Assembly: GCA_965202785.1 (NCBI GenBank)
Contig: OZ241855.1
Coordinates: 1,408,001-1,472,000, forward strand
Source: Thermodesulfobacteriota bacterium
GTDB lineage: Bacteria > Desulfobacterota_D > UBA1144 > Nemesobacterales > Nemesobacteraceae
Direction of reading: 5' to 3'
DNA length: 64,000 nt
Shown here: positions 1 through 12,638 of the stretch, piece after piece
Position numbering within the stretch: position 1 is the first letter of the stretch
Layout: each line of letters begins with the position of its first letter
Notes under the pieces: generated by a model
Seen by the model: only the letters and a program-made list of their open reading frames with translations
Told to the model about the DNA's origin: nothing
Database searches by the model: none
Program-made: the position numbers and the translations under genes

Positions 1-783
1 CGCTCAATGATGGAGCGCGGAGCATTCGGCGAGGCAGGGACAAAAGTCGTGATAGAGGAATTTCTTACGGGCGAGGAGGCTTCCTTTTTTGCCTTTACCG
101 ACGGGGAAGCCGTACTTCCTCTCGAGCCTTCCCAGGACCATAAGCCAATCTTTGACGGAGACAGGGGACCGAACACAGGAGGCATGGGGGCTTACACTCC
201 CGCCCCCGTGGTTACCGACCAGCTTAGGCAGAGAATAATTGACGAAGTCATGGTTCCAACCGTGCGGGCGATGAAATCCGAGGGGAGAACTTACAGGGGA
301 ATTCTCTACGCCGGACTGATGATAAAGGACAATGAACTCAAGGTGCTTGAATTTAACTGCCGCTTCGGCGACCCCGAAGCTCAGCCTCTTCTTATGAGAA
401 TGGAATCGGACATCGTTCCTATTCTTTATTCAATAGCTAAGGGGGAGGTAAAGTGTGATCCGATAGAGTGGAAGGACAGTTTCTGCGTCTGCGTCGTCAT
501 GGCTTCCAGGGGTTACCCGGGAAGCTATGACAAGGGTGTGGAACTTAAAAGGCTCGGGGACTTCACTGACACTTCGGAGACGGTGGTTTTTCACGCGGGA
601 ACCGCTTTTTCCGAGGGAAAACTTGTTACAAGCGGCGGCAGGGTCTTGGGAGTTACCTCCCTTGGAGATACCATAGAGGAATCCATACGGAGCGCATATA
701 AGGCCGTCGATTCCATTTCCGATGAAAATCTGATCTACAGGACGGATATAGGAAAGAAGGCGCTTTTGCGGATCGGTCGCTGA
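1..783 (+). CDS. purD: Phosphoribosylamine-glycine ligase, 3' part (5'-truncated by the window)
   Basis: Motifs IEEFLTGEEAS, QDHK..DGDRGPNTGGMGAY, LEFNCRFGDPEAQ, TSGGRVL; frame is open to base 1. Confidence 0.97.
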   Translation, partial: RSMMERGAFGEAGTKVVIEEFLTGEEASFFAFTDGEAVLPLEPSQDHKPIFDGDRGPNTGGMGAYTPAPVVTDQLRQRIIDEVMVPTVRAMKSEGRTYRGILYAGLMIKDNELKVLEFNCRFGDPEAQPLLMRMESDIVPILYSIAKGEVKCDPIEWKDSFCVCVVMASRGYPGSYDKGVELKRLGDFTDTSETVVFHAGTAFSEGKLVTSGGRVLGVTSLGDTIEESIRSAYKAVDSISDENLIYRTDIGKKALLRIGR

Positions 784-989
784 TGCGTCTTGAACATGTC
801 CGTCTTAGGAAACCCGGATCCATGAATTAATGACTTTTAGGGCTCTTTGGGGGCAGCTGCAACCATTTTTAGACAGCGTTTAATAAAGTTTATCTAGCCC
901 CAAAAATTTTTTGTTGAAAACCTGTTTTCTTTCTGTAATATAGTCCTTCCCTTGATTTGGGGTTTAGCGGTTTTTTTCCGTTTTCTCAT

Positions 990-1019
990 TTGACATCCGT
1001 CCGTTATTAAGCTTATAAT
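990..1019 (+). promoter_or_regulatory. sigma70 promoter of the ribosomal superoperon
   Basis: TTGACA (990-995), 18-nt spacer, TATAAT (1014-1019) upstream of rpsL. Confidence 0.8.
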
Positions 1020-1055
1020 GATCGGATTACCCAAATTTTGGGAGAGGATGATTTT

Positions 1056-1915
<860 letters not shown>

Positions 1916-1932
1916 TTCCCCGGAGGATCAAG

Positions 1933-4017
1933 GTGTCAGAACAGATATTCCCCATAGACAGGGTGAGAAACATCGGAATTGTTGCTCACATAGACGCTGG
2001 AAAGACCACTACTACTGAAAGAATACTTTTCTATACTGGCATAACCTACAAAATCGGCGAGGTGCACGAAGGCGCGGCAACCATGGACTGGATGGAGCAG
2101 GAGCGGGAAAGAGGCATCACCATTACTTCCGCTACCACTACGTGTTTCTGGAAAGACTGCAGGATAAACATCATAGATACTCCCGGCCACGTTGATTTCA
2201 CCATAGAGGTTGAAAGATCACTCAAGGTGCTTGACGGAGCAGTGGTTGTGTTTGACTGTGTCGGAGGAGTCGAACCTCAGACTGAGACGGTTTGGGGACA
2301 GGCCGACCGGTATTCAGTTCCAAGAATGTGTTTTGTGAACAAGATGGACAGGGTCGGGGCGGATTTCTACAAGGTCGTGGACCAGATAGTTGAGAGACTC
2401 AGCGCGAATCCCGTGTGTCTTCAGATTCCTTGGTTTGACGGCGACGACTTCACAGGAATAGTTGACCTGATAAGGATGAAAATGGCGGTCTGGGACGGGG
2501 AAAGCCTCGGGGCCAAGTTTGAATTCATTGATATTCCCGAGGATACGAAGGAGCGAGCGGCCGAATACAGGGAGAAACTTATAGAAGCTCTTTCGGATGA
2601 CGACGAGGAGATAATGGAGCTTTATCTCGACGGAGAAGATGTCCCCGAAGAGATGATCCGGAAATCCATAAGACGACAGACAATCAATGCGACCATAGTC
2701 CCGGTTATGCTGGGATCGGCTTTTAAGAACAAGGGAGTGCAGCTCCTGCTTGACGCCGTTGTGGAATACATGCCTGCTCCCGTGGATCTGCCACCGGTAA
2801 AAGGCATTCATCCCAAAACCGATGAGGAAACCGAGAGAAAACCCGACAAAGAAGAACCATTCTCCGCGCTTGCGTTTAAGATCATGTCGGACCCGTTCGT
2901 TGGCCAGCTTACCTACCTTCGGGTTTATTCAGGAAAACTTAAATCAGGCACTACCGTCTACAATTCATCCAATCTTAAGAATGAGAAAATCGGAAGACTT
3001 CTTCGCATGCACGCGGAAAAACGCGAGGATATAAAAGAGGTTGAGGCCGGTGGTATAGCGGCCGCGGTCGGGCTTAAGAACACTCTTACGGGCGATACTC
3101 TGTGCTCGGATTCAAAACCCGTCATACTTGAGAGTCTTCATATCTCGGACCCGGTAATTTCAATTGCAATAGAGCCTAAGTCAAACGCCGACCAGGAGAG
3201 ACTCGGCCTCTCGCTTAGCAAGCTTGCCATGGAGGATCCTTCCTTCAAGGTGAAAACCGATGAGGAGACCCGCCAGACGGTGATTTCTGGCATGGGGGAG
3301 CTTCACCTTGAGATAATCGTCGACAGGCTTAAAAGGGAATTCAAGGTCGATGCGAACGTAGGAAAGCCTCAGGTTGCTTACAGAGAGACGATAACCGCCA
3401 CTTCTCAAACCGAAGGGAAGTACATAAGGCAGACCGGTGGGCGCGGTCAGTACGGCCATGTGAAGATAAGGGTGGAGCCTCTTGAGAGGGGCGAAGGATT
3501 TGAGTTCCGCGATCAGATAAAGGGAGGGGTGATTCCCAAGGAGTTTATTCCCGCGGTGGAGAAGGGGATAGTCGAGGCCATGGATACTGGAGTTGTCTCC
3601 GGGTATCCGGTCGTTGACGTGGCGGTCACTCTTTACGACGGTTCTTTTCACGATGTCGATTCCTCAGAGATCGCCTTTAAGATCGCCGGCTCCATGGCAT
3701 TTAAGGAGGCGATTCATAAATCTTCTCCGGTTGTGCTTGAGCCCGTAATGAAGCTTGAGGTAGTTGTTCCGGAAGCTCACATGGGAAATGTCATAGGTGA
3801 TCTGAGTTCAAGGCGCGGAAGAGTAAGCAGTACGGAAATGAGAGGTGCTATGCAGGCGGTAAAGGCGGAAGTTCCGCTTGGCGAAATGTTCGGTTACGCG
3901 ACCCACTTGAGGTCAATGACCGAAGGTAGGGGGCTGTTCACTATGGAGTTCTCCCACTACTTCGCCTTGCCTGCCAACATAGCCGAAGAATTAAAACAGG
4001 CAGCCAATGTCAGCTGA
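1933..4017 (+). CDS. fusA: Elongation factor G
   Basis: [37 protein letters not shown]; GTG start at 1933 after SD GGAGG (1922-1926). Confidence 0.99.
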   Translation: MSEQIFPIDRVRNIGIVAHIDAGKTTTTERILFYTGITYKIGEVHEGAATMDWMEQERERGITITSATTTCFWKDCRINIIDTPGHVDFTIEVERSLKVLDGAVVVFDCVGGVEPQTETVWGQADRYSVPRMCFVNKMDRVGADFYKVVDQIVERLSANPVCLQIPWFDGDDFTGIVDLIRMKMAVWDGESLGAKFEFIDIPEDTKERAAEYREKLIEALSDDDEEIMELYLDGEDVPEEMIRKSIRRQTINATIVPVMLGSAFKNKGVQLLLDAVVEYMPAPVDLPPVKGIHPKTDEETERKPDKEEPFSALAFKIMSDPFVGQLTYLRVYSGKLKSGTTVYNSSNLKNEKIGRLLRMHAEKREDIKEVEAGGIAAAVGLKNTLTGDTLCSDSKPVILESLHISDPVISIAIEPKSNADQERLGLSLSKLAMEDPSFKVKTDEETRQTVISGMGELHLEIIVDRLKREFKVDANVGKPQVAYRETITATSQTEGKYIRQTGGRGQYGHVKIRVEPLERGEGFEFRDQIKGGVIPKEFIPAVEKGIVEAMDTGVVSGYPVVDVAVTLYDGSFHDVDSSEIAFKIAGSMAFKEAIHKSSPVVLEPVMKLEVVVPEAHMGNVIGDLSSRRGRVSSTEMRGAMQAVKAEVPLGEMFGYATHLRSMTEGRGLFTMEFSHYFALPANIAEELKQAANVS

Positions 4018-4055
4018 TATTTTTATGTTCTTTTTAACAAGGAGGTCAACGAGAA

Positions 4056-5240
4056 ATGTCTAAGGCGAAGTTTGAGAGGGGGAAGCCTCATTTAAACATA
4101 GGGACGATAGGGCATGTGGATCATGGGAAGACTACGTTAACTGCGGCGATAACGAGCATATTGTCGAAGCGAGGTCAGGCGGAGTACGTTGAGTTTGACA
4201 ACATAGACAAGGCGCCAGAAGAGAGGGAGAGGGGGATAACGATAAACATAGCGCATGTGGAGTATGAGACGGACATAAGGCATTACGCTCACGTTGACTG
4301 TCCCGGGCACGCCGACTACGTGAAGAACATGATAACGGGTGCGGCGCAGATGGACGGAGCCGTGTTGGTGGTGAGCGCGCCTGACGGGCCGATGCCTCAG
4401 ACAAGGGAGCACATACTGCTTGCGAGGCAGGTAGGGGTGCCGTACATAGTGGTAGCGCTTAACAAGGTGGACATGCTTGATGACGAGGAGTTGCTGGAGC
4501 TGGTGGAGCTTGAGATAAGGGAGTTGCTTAGCGAGTACGGGTTTCCCGGGGACGACATACCGATTGTGAAGGTAAGCGCGCTTAAGGCGATAGAAGGGGA
4601 CGAGGGGGCAGCGGAGCAGGTAGTGGAGTTAATGGACCAGATAGACAGTTATGTGCCTGAGCCGGAGAGGGACATGGACAAGCCGTTTTTGATGGCGATA
4701 GAGGACGTGTTCACGATATCTGGAAGGGGCACGGTGGTAACAGGGAGAGTGGAGAGGGGAAGGATAGTGGCGGGGAACGAGATAGAGATAGTAGGGTTTA
4801 AAGATACAACAAAGACCGTAGCCACGAGTTTGGAGATGTTCCGCAAGATACTTGACGATGCTCAGGCGGGGGACAACGTGGGAGTATTGCTCAGGGGAAT
4901 AGGGAAGGAAGAGGTAGAGAGGGGTCAGGTGTTGAGTGCTCCTGGGAGCATAAAGCCACACAGGAAGTTCAAGGCGGAGGTGTATGTGTTAAAGAAGGAG
5001 GAGGGGGGAAGGCACACGCCGTTTTTCCCTGGGTACCGGCCGCAGTTTTATTTAAGGACGACGGATGTGACTGGGGCGGTGATATTGCCAGAGGGGGTGG
5101 AGATGGTGATGCCTGGGGACAATGTGAGCATGGACGTTGAGTTGATAGCGCCTGTGGCTATGGAGGAGCAGTTGCGTTTTGCGATAAGAGAGGGTGGAAG
5201 AACAGTTGGGGCAGGTGTAGTAACAGAGATCATTGAGTGA
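4056..5240 (+). CDS. tuf: Elongation factor Tu
   Basis: [37 protein letters not shown]; SD AAGGAGG. Confidence 0.99.
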   Translation: MSKAKFERGKPHLNIGTIGHVDHGKTTLTAAITSILSKRGQAEYVEFDNIDKAPEERERGITINIAHVEYETDIRHYAHVDCPGHADYVKNMITGAAQMDGAVLVVSAPDGPMPQTREHILLARQVGVPYIVVALNKVDMLDDEELLELVELEIRELLSEYGFPGDDIPIVKVSALKAIEGDEGAAEQVVELMDQIDSYVPEPERDMDKPFLMAIEDVFTISGRGTVVTGRVERGRIVAGNEIEIVGFKDTTKTVATSLEMFRKILDDAQAGDNVGVLLRGIGKEEVERGQVLSAPGSIKPHRKFKAEVYVLKKEEGGRHTPFFPGYRPQFYLRTTDVTGAVILPEGVEMVMPGDNVSMDVELIAPVAMEEQLRFAIREGGRTVGAGVVTEIIE

Positions 5241-5560
5241 TGAGCAAGGCTTCGAAAATAAGAATAAAGCTTAAGTCTTTTGATTACAGGCTTCTTGATA
5301 ATTCAACGGAGGAAATTGTTGATACTGCCAAGAGAACGGGCGCGAGAATAGCGGGTCCGGTTCCGCTTCCTACCAGTATAAACAGGTACTGCGTGCTGCG
5401 CGGTCCTCACGTGAACAAGAATTCAAGAGAGCATTTCGAAATAAGAACGCACAAAAGGCTTGTAGATATACTTGAACCTACCCAGCAGACGATAGATGAA
5501 CTTATGAAACTGAATCTTGCTTCGGGTGTGGAAGTGGAGATAAAACTGACGGGTTCGTAA
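5240..5560 (+). CDS. rpsJ: 30S ribosomal protein S10
   Basis: [26 protein letters not shown]; TGATG overlap with tuf. Confidence 0.99.
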   Translation: MSKASKIRIKLKSFDYRLLDNSTEEIVDTAKRTGARIAGPVPLPTSINRYCVLRGPHVNKNSREHFEIRTHKRLVDILEPTQQTIDELMKLNLASGVEVEIKLTGS

Positions 5561-5563
5561 AAA

Positions 5564-6208
5564 ATGATTCAGGGAATTATAGGAAGAAAAAGAGGGATGA
5601 CCGAGTTTTTCAACGACGACATGGTGAAAGTTGTCACTACCGTGGTTGAAGCGGGCCCGTGCTTCGTGGTTTCGAAAAAAACCAAGGACTCAGACGGTTA
5701 CGACGCCGTTCAGCTCGGCTTTGGGGATGTAAAACCCCAGCGGCTCACGCGCCCCATGAAGGGACATTTCACAAAAGCCGGAGTGAACCCTACCGCGAAG
5801 CTTAAAGAATTCTCCGCCACAGTTGATGATTACGAGGTTGGGGACGTGGTAAAAGTTGACATTTTCGAGGTTGGAGATGTTCTAGACGTCACAGCTAAAA
5901 GCAAGGGAAAGGGATTCGCCGGCACCATAAAACGTTACAATTTCTCAAGGCAGCCAATGTCCCACGGCGGCATGGCCCACAGAAGGCCCGGCTCCATAGG
6001 ACAGGCGTCATCTCCGGCCAAGGTGTGGAAAGGGTTGAAAATGCCGGGGCGAATGGGTGGAAAGAATGTAACGGTTCAGGGCGTCAAGGTGGTTGATATA
6101 GATGTTGAGAAAAATCTTCTTTTCGTAAAGGGGTCCGTTCCGGGCCCGGTGGGAGGGACGGTTTTTCTCCAGCACACCTCAAAGGGGGCGAAAGATGCTT
6201 CAAGTTGA
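5564..6208 (+). CDS. rplC: 50S ribosomal protein L3
   Basis: DGYDAVQLG, SKGKGFAGTIKRY, RRPGSIG; S10 operon order. Confidence 0.98.
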   Translation: MIQGIIGRKRGMTEFFNDDMVKVVTTVVEAGPCFVVSKKTKDSDGYDAVQLGFGDVKPQRLTRPMKGHFTKAGVNPTAKLKEFSATVDDYEVGDVVKVDIFEVGDVLDVTAKSKGKGFAGTIKRYNFSRQPMSHGGMAHRRPGSIGQASSPAKVWKGLKMPGRMGGKNVTVQGVKVVDIDVEKNLLFVKGSVPGPVGGTVFLQHTSKGAKDASS

Positions 6209-6815
6209 CGTCTACGACATTGCCAGGAAAAAGGTGGGGACCATGGAGCTTCGCTCCGAAATATTTGAAGCTCCGGTCAGAAAGCATTTGCTCCATGAGG
6301 TGATTAACTGGCAGCTTGCCAAAAAAAGGGCCGGAACCTCCTCCACCAAGACAAGAAGCGAAGTACGAGGCGGCGGAGCAAAGCCATGGAAACAGAAACA
6401 CACAGGTCGTGCAAGGGCGGGGTCCAGGCGTTCCCCGATCTGGCGCAAGGGTGGAGTGGTTTTTGGACCGAAGCCGAAAGACTGGTCTTACTCGATTCCG
6501 AAAAAGGTAAGGAAAGGGGCGCTTCTTTCCGCTCTCTCAAGCCGTTTCGGCGAGGGTGCAATAGTTGTGCTCGACAGTTTTGAGCTTCCGGAGATAAAGA
6601 CTAGGCAAGTGGCGAAATTCATGAAGGATTTTGACTTTTCCCAAGCTCTTGTGATTGTCAGTTCGGATAACGAGAATCTCCGTAAGTCGGCAAGGAACAT
6701 ACCTGATGTAAAGGTGCTCAGGGATGATGGACTTAACGTATACGATCTTCTCAGGCACAAGAACATAGTCATGGTGCGGGATTCGGTTGAAAAAATCCAG
6801 GAGAGACTGTCATGA
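6195..6815 (+). CDS. rplD: 50S ribosomal protein L4
   Basis: TKTRSEVRGGGAKPWKQKHTGRARAGS. Confidence 0.99.
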   Translation: MLQVDVYDIARKKVGTMELRSEIFEAPVRKHLLHEVINWQLAKKRAGTSSTKTRSEVRGGGAKPWKQKHTGRARAGSRRSPIWRKGGVVFGPKPKDWSYSIPKKVRKGALLSALSSRFGEGAIVVLDSFELPEIKTRQVAKFMKDFDFSQALVIVSSDNENLRKSARNIPDVKVLRDDGLNVYDLLRHKNIVMVRDSVEKIQERLS

Positions 6816-7099
6816 AAGATCCCCGCTCGATCATAAAACTTCCTGTGATTACCGAGAAAAGCACAGAGGCCAGGGAAGACGGCTGGTATGTTTTTTCCGT
6901 CGACAGAAGATGCAACAAAAAGGAGATACAGGATTCCGTCGAGAAGATTTTCGGCGTCAAGGTGGACAAGGTGAGAACTCTTGTGCTTCCTGGAAAAAGG
7001 GTGAAAAGATTCGGCAGGGTCGTAGGAAAGAGGTCAGCGGTTAAAAAGGCTTACGTTAAGCTCAGGGAAGGAGAAATCAACCTGTTTGAGGGAGTTTGA
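6812..7099 (+). CDS. rplW: 50S ribosomal protein L23
   Basis: PVITEKS, KKAYVKL; operon order. Confidence 0.97.
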   Translation: MKDPRSIIKLPVITEKSTEAREDGWYVFSVDRRCNKKEIQDSVEKIFGVKVDKVRTLVLPGKRVKRFGRVVGKRSAVKKAYVKLREGEINLFEGV

Positions 7100-7101
7100 T
7101 C

Positions 7102-7944
7102 ATGGGAGTAAAGAAATACAACCCCACGTCTCCGGGAAGAAGGTTCATGTCCGGGTTTGATTTTGAGGAAATAACCTCAAAAAAGCCCCACAAGTCCCTT
7201 ACGGTTTCTCTTAAAAAGAACTCAGGACGCAACTCGAATGGAAGGATTACCAGCTTCAGAAAAGGCGGTGGTCACAAGAGACGCTACAGAATAATAGATT
7301 TCAAAAGGGACAAGCACGGCATACCCGCCAGAGTTATCTCACTGGAGTATGATCCGTATCGCTCGGCGAGGATTGCTCTTCTATCCTATGCTGACGGTGA
7401 GAAAAGATATATCATAGCTCCTGCAGGCCTTAAAGTGGGTGATGAATTAAATTCCGGACCCGGAGTGGAAGTTTCAAACGGAAATGCTCTTCCCATAGAG
7501 AATATTCCCGTGGGTACGGTTATTCACAACATAGAAATGAGGCCCGGAGGCGGAGGAAAACTGGTTCGTTCCGCAGGTTCGGCAGCGCAGATTGTCGCAA
7601 GGGACGGTAACTACGCCCAGATAAAACTCGCCTCTGGCGAGATAAGGCTGATTCATATTCGGTGCATGGCTACTGTGGGAAGGATCGGAAACGCCGAGAA
7701 CGAGCTTATAGTCTGGGGGAAGGCGGGGAGGTCCCGTCACAAGGGCGTAAGACCCACGGTTCGCGGGGTGGCGATGAATCCAGTTGATCATCCCCATGGC
7801 GGAGGAGAAGGCAAGGCAACCAAGGGAAACCCTCATCCTGTTTCCCCCTGGGGATGGATTACGATAGGAAAGAAGACGAGAAACAACAAGAGAATGGACA
7901 AATATATAGTTAAGCCGAGAAGGGTTGGCTACGGAATGGATTAA
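7102..7944 (+). CDS. rplB: 50S ribosomal protein L2
   Basis: [32 protein letters not shown]. Confidence 0.99.
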   Translation: MGVKKYNPTSPGRRFMSGFDFEEITSKKPHKSLTVSLKKNSGRNSNGRITSFRKGGGHKRRYRIIDFKRDKHGIPARVISLEYDPYRSARIALLSYADGEKRYIIAPAGLKVGDELNSGPGVEVSNGNALPIENIPVGTVIHNIEMRPGGGGKLVRSAGSAAQIVARDGNYAQIKLASGEIRLIHIRCMATVGRIGNAENELIVWGKAGRSRHKGVRPTVRGVAMNPVDHPHGGGEGKATKGNPHPVSPWGWITIGKKTRNNKRMDKYIVKPRRVGYGMD

Positions 7945-7959
7945 TCGCGGGAGCTTCAG

Positions 7960-8238
7960 ATGGCAAGATCAAGTAAAAAGGGACTGTATGTGCACGAAAA
8001 GCTTATGAAGAAAGTTGAGCAGGCGCAGAGTTCCGGGAGTCAGAGAATCATCAGGACCTGGTCGAGAGCCTCAATGATAATACCTGAGATGATAGGAATG
8101 ACTTTCGCGGTTCACAACGGAACGAGGTTTATTCCCGTGTTCGTGTCCGAACAGATGGTTGGACATAAGCTGGGCGAGTTTTCTCCCACAAGGACCTACC
8201 ATGGTCATGCGGGTGATAGAAAAGCTAGGAAAAGATAG
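7960..8238 (+). CDS. rpsS: 30S ribosomal protein S19
   Basis: [20 protein letters not shown]. Confidence 0.99.
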   Translation: MARSSKKGLYVHEKLMKKVEQAQSSGSQRIIRTWSRASMIIPEMIGMTFAVHNGTRFIPVFVSEQMVGHKLGEFSPTRTYHGHAGDRKARKR

Positions 8239-8258
8239 CAACGACTGAGAGATAGCAG

Positions 8259-8597
8259 ATGGTTTCTAAAGCAGTACATAAGTATGCCAGAGTGTCGCCT
8301 AAGAAGGCCAGGGTGGTCCTTGACCTCATAAGGGGGAAAAGCGTGGAGGAAGCTTCCTCGATTCTGCTTTCCGCCCGCAGGAGGGTCTCCCCACTGCTCT
8401 CTAAGCTGCTTAAATCGGCTGTGGCCAACGCCTCTGAGAAAGGATACAGCGACATTGATTCCCTTTACGTAAAGGAAGTCTATGCAACACAGGGTCCGAC
8501 ACTTAAGCGTTTTAGGGCCAGGGCGATGGGAAGGGCCTTTGCCCGTAAAACCAAGATGAGTCATATAACGATAGTACTTGAACAGAGGGGATTCTGA
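8259..8597 (+). CDS. rplV: 50S ribosomal protein L22
   Basis: [34 protein letters not shown]. Confidence 0.98.
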   Translation: MVSKAVHKYARVSPKKARVVLDLIRGKSVEEASSILLSARRRVSPLLSKLLKSAVANASEKGYSDIDSLYVKEVYATQGPTLKRFRARAMGRAFARKTKMSHITIVLEQRGF

Positions 8598-8598
8598 A

Positions 8599-9291
8599 TT
8601 GGGACAGAAAATTAATCCTATAGGACTTCGTATTGGAATAACCAAATCGTGGGATTCCAAGTGGTTTGCCGAGAAACATATGTACAGGTCCCTGCTCAAA
8701 GAGGATATAGACATCCGCAACTACGTGAAGAAGACCTTTTATCAGGCGGCCATCTCGAACATAGAGATTGAAAGGGCCGCGGCGGACAAGGTGAGAATTC
8801 TAGTGTATGCGGCAAGGCCCGGGATCATCATAGGAAGGAAGGGTCAGGAGATAGAGCAACTGAAGAAGAAACTTCAGAAGATGACCGGAAAAGGCATATT
8901 CCTTGACATAAGGGAAGTGAAGAGACCCGAAACCGATGCCCAGCTTGTTGCTGAGAACCTTGCTCTTCAGCTTGAAAGAAGAGTTGCATACAGAAGGGCC
9001 ATGAAAAGGGTGCTTTCATCTTCCATCCGAGCCGGGGTTCTAGGAATAAAAGTCATGGTTGCCGGGCGTCTCGGCGGAGCCGAAATAGCGAGAAGGGAGT
9101 GGTACAGGGAGGGAAGAGTACCCCTCGGTACGCTCCGTGCGGACCTTGACTACGGGGTTGCCGAAGCGTCAACTACCTACGGAGTGATAGGCGTAAAGGT
9201 CTGGATATTCAAAGGCGAGATAATACAGAAAAAGACTAAAGAGAGAGCAGGCGAAGTTCCTGAGAGAGTAGATACCGATGCTTCAGCCTAA
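8599..9291 (+). CDS. rpsC: 30S ribosomal protein S3
   Basis: (M)[33 protein letters not shown]; TTG start inferred. Confidence 0.98.
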   Translation: MGQKINPIGLRIGITKSWDSKWFAEKHMYRSLLKEDIDIRNYVKKTFYQAAISNIEIERAAADKVRILVYAARPGIIIGRKGQEIEQLKKKLQKMTGKGIFLDIREVKRPETDAQLVAENLALQLERRVAYRRAMKRVLSSSIRAGVLGIKVMVAGRLGGAEIARREWYREGRVPLGTLRADLDYGVAEASTTYGVIGVKVWIFKGEIIQKKTKERAGEVPERVDTDASA

Positions 9292-9700
9292 GAAGACAAA
9301 GTACAGAAAGCAGTTCAAGGGAAGAAACAGAGGAGCAGCGACCCGGGGAACGACATTCGCCTTCGGCGACCTTGCGCTTCAGACATTGGAAAACGGGACG
9401 ATTACCTCAAGGCAGATAGAGGCCGCCCGTATTGCGATCACAAGACACGTGAAAAGGGGAGCAAATCTCTGGATAAGGATATTCCCCTATAAGCCCGTTA
9501 CCAAGAAGCCTGCAGAGACCAGGATGGGAAAGGGCAAGGGGGATGTGGACAAGTACGTGGCGCCAGTAAAAAGAGGACAGTTTCTTTACGAAATATCGGG
9601 AGTAAGCGAAGAACTTGCACGCTCAGCCTTAAGACTTGCTTCCTATAAGCTTCCTCTTAGAACTAGGATAGTGTCCAGAAGCGAGGAGGAGTTTGTCTGA
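9278..9700 (+). CDS. rplP: 50S ribosomal protein L16
   Basis: [20 protein letters not shown]. Confidence 0.99.
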   Translation: MLQPKKTKYRKQFKGRNRGAATRGTTFAFGDLALQTLENGTITSRQIEAARIAITRHVKRGANLWIRIFPYKPVTKKPAETRMGKGKGDVDKYVAPVKRGQFLYEISGVSEELARSALRLASYKLPLRTRIVSRSEEEFV

Positions 9701-9906
9701 TGGCAACGAATGCGGAAGAACTAAGAAACCTCACGCCCGAAGAACTGAACAAGCGCCATCGTGACGCGAATGAAGAGCTTTTCAATGTCAGAATACAGGT
9801 TGCCACTGGACAGAACCCCAACAATGCGAGGGTAAAGCAGCTGAGAAGGGAGATTGCGAGGATACTTACCATAAAAAAACAGCGGGATACGGCTTCGGAG
9901 AGTTAA
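9700..9906 (+). CDS. rpmC: 50S ribosomal protein L29
   Basis: ELFNVR..TGQ..RREIARILT; position in operon. Confidence 0.97.
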   Translation: MATNAEELRNLTPEELNKRHRDANEELFNVRIQVATGQNPNNARVKQLRREIARILTIKKQRDTASES

Positions 9907-9910
9907 TTCC

Positions 9911-10171
9911 ATGGAAAGAGGAAAGTTAAAGACCAGAACGGGGATTGTGGTGGGTAACAAGATGGACAAGACCGCGGTCGTGGAAGTACGGCGGATCAAA
10001 AGTCACGGTCGGTATAAAAAGCAAATAAGAATCAGCAAGCGATTTAAGGTCCATGATGAGCGCAACGAGTGCAACATAGGAGACAAGGTCACGATAATAG
10101 AGTCAAGGCCCCACAGCAAAACCAAGAGGTGGAGGCTGGGCAAAGTGGTCAGTCAGGCCGCAAGTGCGTAG
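9911..10171 (+). CDS. rpsQ: 30S ribosomal protein S17
   Basis: GIVVGNKMDKTAVV, HDERN, ESRPHSKTKRW. Confidence 0.98.
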   Translation: MERGKLKTRTGIVVGNKMDKTAVVEVRRIKSHGRYKKQIRISKRFKVHDERNECNIGDKVTIIESRPHSKTKRWRLGKVVSQAASA

Positions 10172-10209
10172 GGCATGGTTTTTGATTCTTCGGTCTACGG
10201 GAGAAAGAA

Positions 10210-10578
10210 ATGATTCAGTCAAGCACATATCTGGACTCGGCGGATAACACAGGAGCCAAAAGGCTTTTCTGCATAAAGGTCTTGGGAGGGTCCGGAAGAA
10301 AGTATGCGCGGCTGGGAGATGTTGTTGTGGTTTCGGTCAAGCAGGCCATTCCGAAGTCCAAGGTGGAGAAAGGTTCTGTGTACAAAGCCGTGATAGTCAG
10401 GGTGAGGAAGGAACAGAGAAGGCCGGATGGTACATACGTGCGCTTTGATAACAACGCCGCCGTTATAATAGACAAGGAAAACGAACCGATAGGTACGAGG
10501 GTTTTCGGACCAATCGCGCGTGAACTGAGGCTCAAGGGCTTTATGAAAATCATCTCGCTTGCTCCGGAGGTCGTTTGA
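10210..10578 (+). CDS. rplN: 50S ribosomal protein L14
   Basis: [24 protein letters not shown]. Confidence 0.99.
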   Translation: MIQSSTYLDSADNTGAKRLFCIKVLGGSGRKYARLGDVVVVSVKQAIPKSKVEKGSVYKAVIVRVRKEQRRPDGTYVRFDNNAAVIIDKENEPIGTRVFGPIARELRLKGFMKIISLAPEVV

Positions 10579-10580
10579 AC

Positions 10581-10910
10581 ATGTCCGCTGGAAAGAGAAA
10601 GTTTCACATAAGGGCCGGGGATACGGTCTATGTGGTTGCGGGCAAGGAGAAAGGGAAGACCGGCAAGGTGCTGAGAATTGACAGAAATGTCGAGAAGGCC
10701 TTTGTGGAGAAGCTCAATATCATAAAGAGACACAGCCGTCCGACGCAGAAAAACCCCGCTGGTGGCATCATCGAGAAAGAGGCCGGGATACATGTCTCGA
10801 ATCTGATGCTGTACGATTCTGAGAGCAATCGGCCGGTAAAAGTTGGGTACAGGACCGGCGAAGACGGTAAGAAAGTAAGGTACAACAGAAGGACTGGAAA
10901 GGAAGTCTGA
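10581..10910 (+). CDS. rplX: 50S ribosomal protein L24
   Basis: KOW motif [30 protein letters not shown]. Confidence 0.98.
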   Translation: MSAGKRKFHIRAGDTVYVVAGKEKGKTGKVLRIDRNVEKAFVEKLNIIKRHSRPTQKNPAGGIIEKEAGIHVSNLMLYDSESNRPVKVGYRTGEDGKKVRYNRRTGKEV

Positions 10911-10914
10911 GAAA

Positions 10915-11469
10915 ATGGTTCCGAGAATAAAGACCCTATATATGCACGAGGTCGTGCCTGCGCTGATTGAAAAATTTTCCTACGGAAACGCTATGCAGGT
11001 TCCGAAGCTTGAGAAAATCGTGGTGAACATGGGGCTTGGGAGGCTTAGTGAAGCCGGGAGACAGACAAAGGTAATAGATGAGGCTGTTTCGGAACTTTCA
11101 GACATAACAGGACAAAGGCCGGTGATTACTAAGGCCCGGAAGTCAGTTGCGGGTTTCAAACTCAGGGAAGGCCAGCCGATAGGCTGCATGGTTACGCTCC
11201 GGGGGGAGAGAATGTATGAGTTTTTCGACCGTTTAGTGAATCTCGCCCTTCCAAGAGTCAGAGATTTTAAAGGTCTGCCGCCGAGGGCTTTTGACGGTTC
11301 CGGCAACTATACTCTGGGAATAAGGGAACATCTGGTTTTTCCTGAAATAGATTACAGCAAGGTCCAGTACAACAAGGGAATGAATATTAGTCTGATTACC
11401 ACTTCAAAAACCGATGCTGAGGCCATGGAGCTTCTAGCCGGTCTCGGAGTGCCGTTTGCGAAGAACTAA
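10915..11469 (+). CDS. rplE: 50S ribosomal protein L5
   Basis: [31 protein letters not shown]. Confidence 0.99.
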   Translation: MVPRIKTLYMHEVVPALIEKFSYGNAMQVPKLEKIVVNMGLGRLSEAGRQTKVIDEAVSELSDITGQRPVITKARKSVAGFKLREGQPIGCMVTLRGERMYEFFDRLVNLALPRVRDFKGLPPRAFDGSGNYTLGIREHLVFPEIDYSKVQYNKGMNISLITTSKTDAEAMELLAGLGVPFAKN

Positions 11470-11481
11470 AAGAGAGGAGCT

Positions 11482-11667
11482 ATGACCAGAAAAGCATTGC
11501 TTGAGAAATCGAAGAGAAAGCCGAAGTATCGTGTGCGTGCGGTTAACCGTTGCGTACTTTGCGGAAGGCCGAGAGGCTTCATGAGAAAATTTGGTCTCTG
11601 CAGGATCTGTTTTAGGGATCTTGCCAGCAAGGGACACCTTCCGGGCGTCAGAAAAGCGAGTTTTTAA
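11482..11667 (+). CDS. rpsZ: 30S ribosomal protein S14, Zn-binding short form
   Basis: 61 aa, CVLC..CRIC. Confidence 0.97.
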   Translation: MTRKALLEKSKRKPKYRVRAVNRCVLCGRPRGFMRKFGLCRICFRDLASKGHLPGVRKASF

Positions 11668-11686
11668 GAAACATGTTGGAGAAAAA

Positions 11687-12079
11687 ATGACGGATCCGAT
11701 TGCAGATATGTTAACTAGGATAAGGAACGCTTTTATGGCGGGTCACGGCCATGTCGAGATTCCCGGTTCGATTATAAAAGGCGAGATTGCCAAGGTTCTT
11801 ACCGAGGAAGGCTACGTGGAGAGTTATAAAATTACTGAAGAAGGGGTAAAGAAAACCATAAGCATCAAGCTGAAATACGGCCCTGACGGCAAAGGGGCCA
11901 TAGAGGAGATAAAGAGAATAAGCAAACCATCAAGAAGGGTTTACGTTGGCAAAGATGATATTCCAAGGGTCAGGGGCGGAATGGGAATTTCAATACTTTC
12001 TACTTCAAACGGAATAATGACGGGGGTTGCTGCAAGGAGCAAAGAGATAGGCGGGGAGATTCTCTGCACGGTGATCTAA
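11687..12079 (+). CDS. rpsH: 30S ribosomal protein S8
   Basis: MTDPIADMLTRIRN, ISKPSRRVY, GGEILC. Confidence 0.99.
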   Translation: MTDPIADMLTRIRNAFMAGHGHVEIPGSIIKGEIAKVLTEEGYVESYKITEEGVKKTISIKLKYGPDGKGAIEEIKRISKPSRRVYVGKDDIPRVRGGMGISILSTSNGIMTGVAARSKEIGGEILCTVI

Positions 12080-12089
12080 GGACAGACCA

Positions 12090-12638
12090 ATGTCAAGAAT
12101 AGGAACAAAACCAGTGGTTATTCCCGACGGGGTAACGGCGATGTCCAAACAGGGGACTATCGAAATCAAGGGGCCGAAGGGAAGCCTTAAGGTTACCGTA
12201 CCCGAAGGAATAAAAGCCGTACTTGAGAACGGAGCCGTGGTTGTTTCCAGGCAAAGCGAGGAGAAAAGGATAAAGTCTTTTCACGGTCTTACGCGAAGCC
12301 TTATTAACAATTCGGTAATAGGGGTGAGCGAAGGATTTACTAAGGTGCTCCGCATAACCGGTACGGGTTACAAGGCAGATCTCGTTGGGAAAGCGGGACT
12401 CAGGCTTTCACTCGGTTATTCACACCCGGTTGATTTTGCACTTCCACATGGCATAGAGGCAACTGTGGAAGAACGAGGCACTCTGCTCTCGGTTCATGGA
12501 ATTGACAAGCAGCTCGTGGGGGAGACTGCGGCACGCATAAGAAAGATAAGGCCACCCGATTCCTATAAGGGCAAGGGTGTTCGTTACGAAGGTGAGAAGT
12601 TGAAGCTTAAACCTGGAAAAGCTGGAGCGGCTAAGTAA
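12090..12638 (+). CDS. rplF: 50S ribosomal protein L6
   Basis: MSRIG, LGYSHP, PPDSYKGKGVRY. Confidence 0.99.
   Translation: MSRIGTKPVVIPDGVTAMSKQGTIEIKGPKGSLKVTVPEGIKAVLENGAVVVSRQSEEKRIKSFHGLTRSLINNSVIGVSEGFTKVLRITGTGYKADLVGKAGLRLSLGYSHPVDFALPHGIEATVEERGTLLSVHGIDKQLVGETAARIRKIRPPDSYKGKGVRYEGEKLKLKPGKAGAAK

Noticed and set aside
784-1055. str operon preceded by purD rather than rpoBC
   Set aside because: Separation of rpoBC from rpsL is common, and a standard promoter is present.
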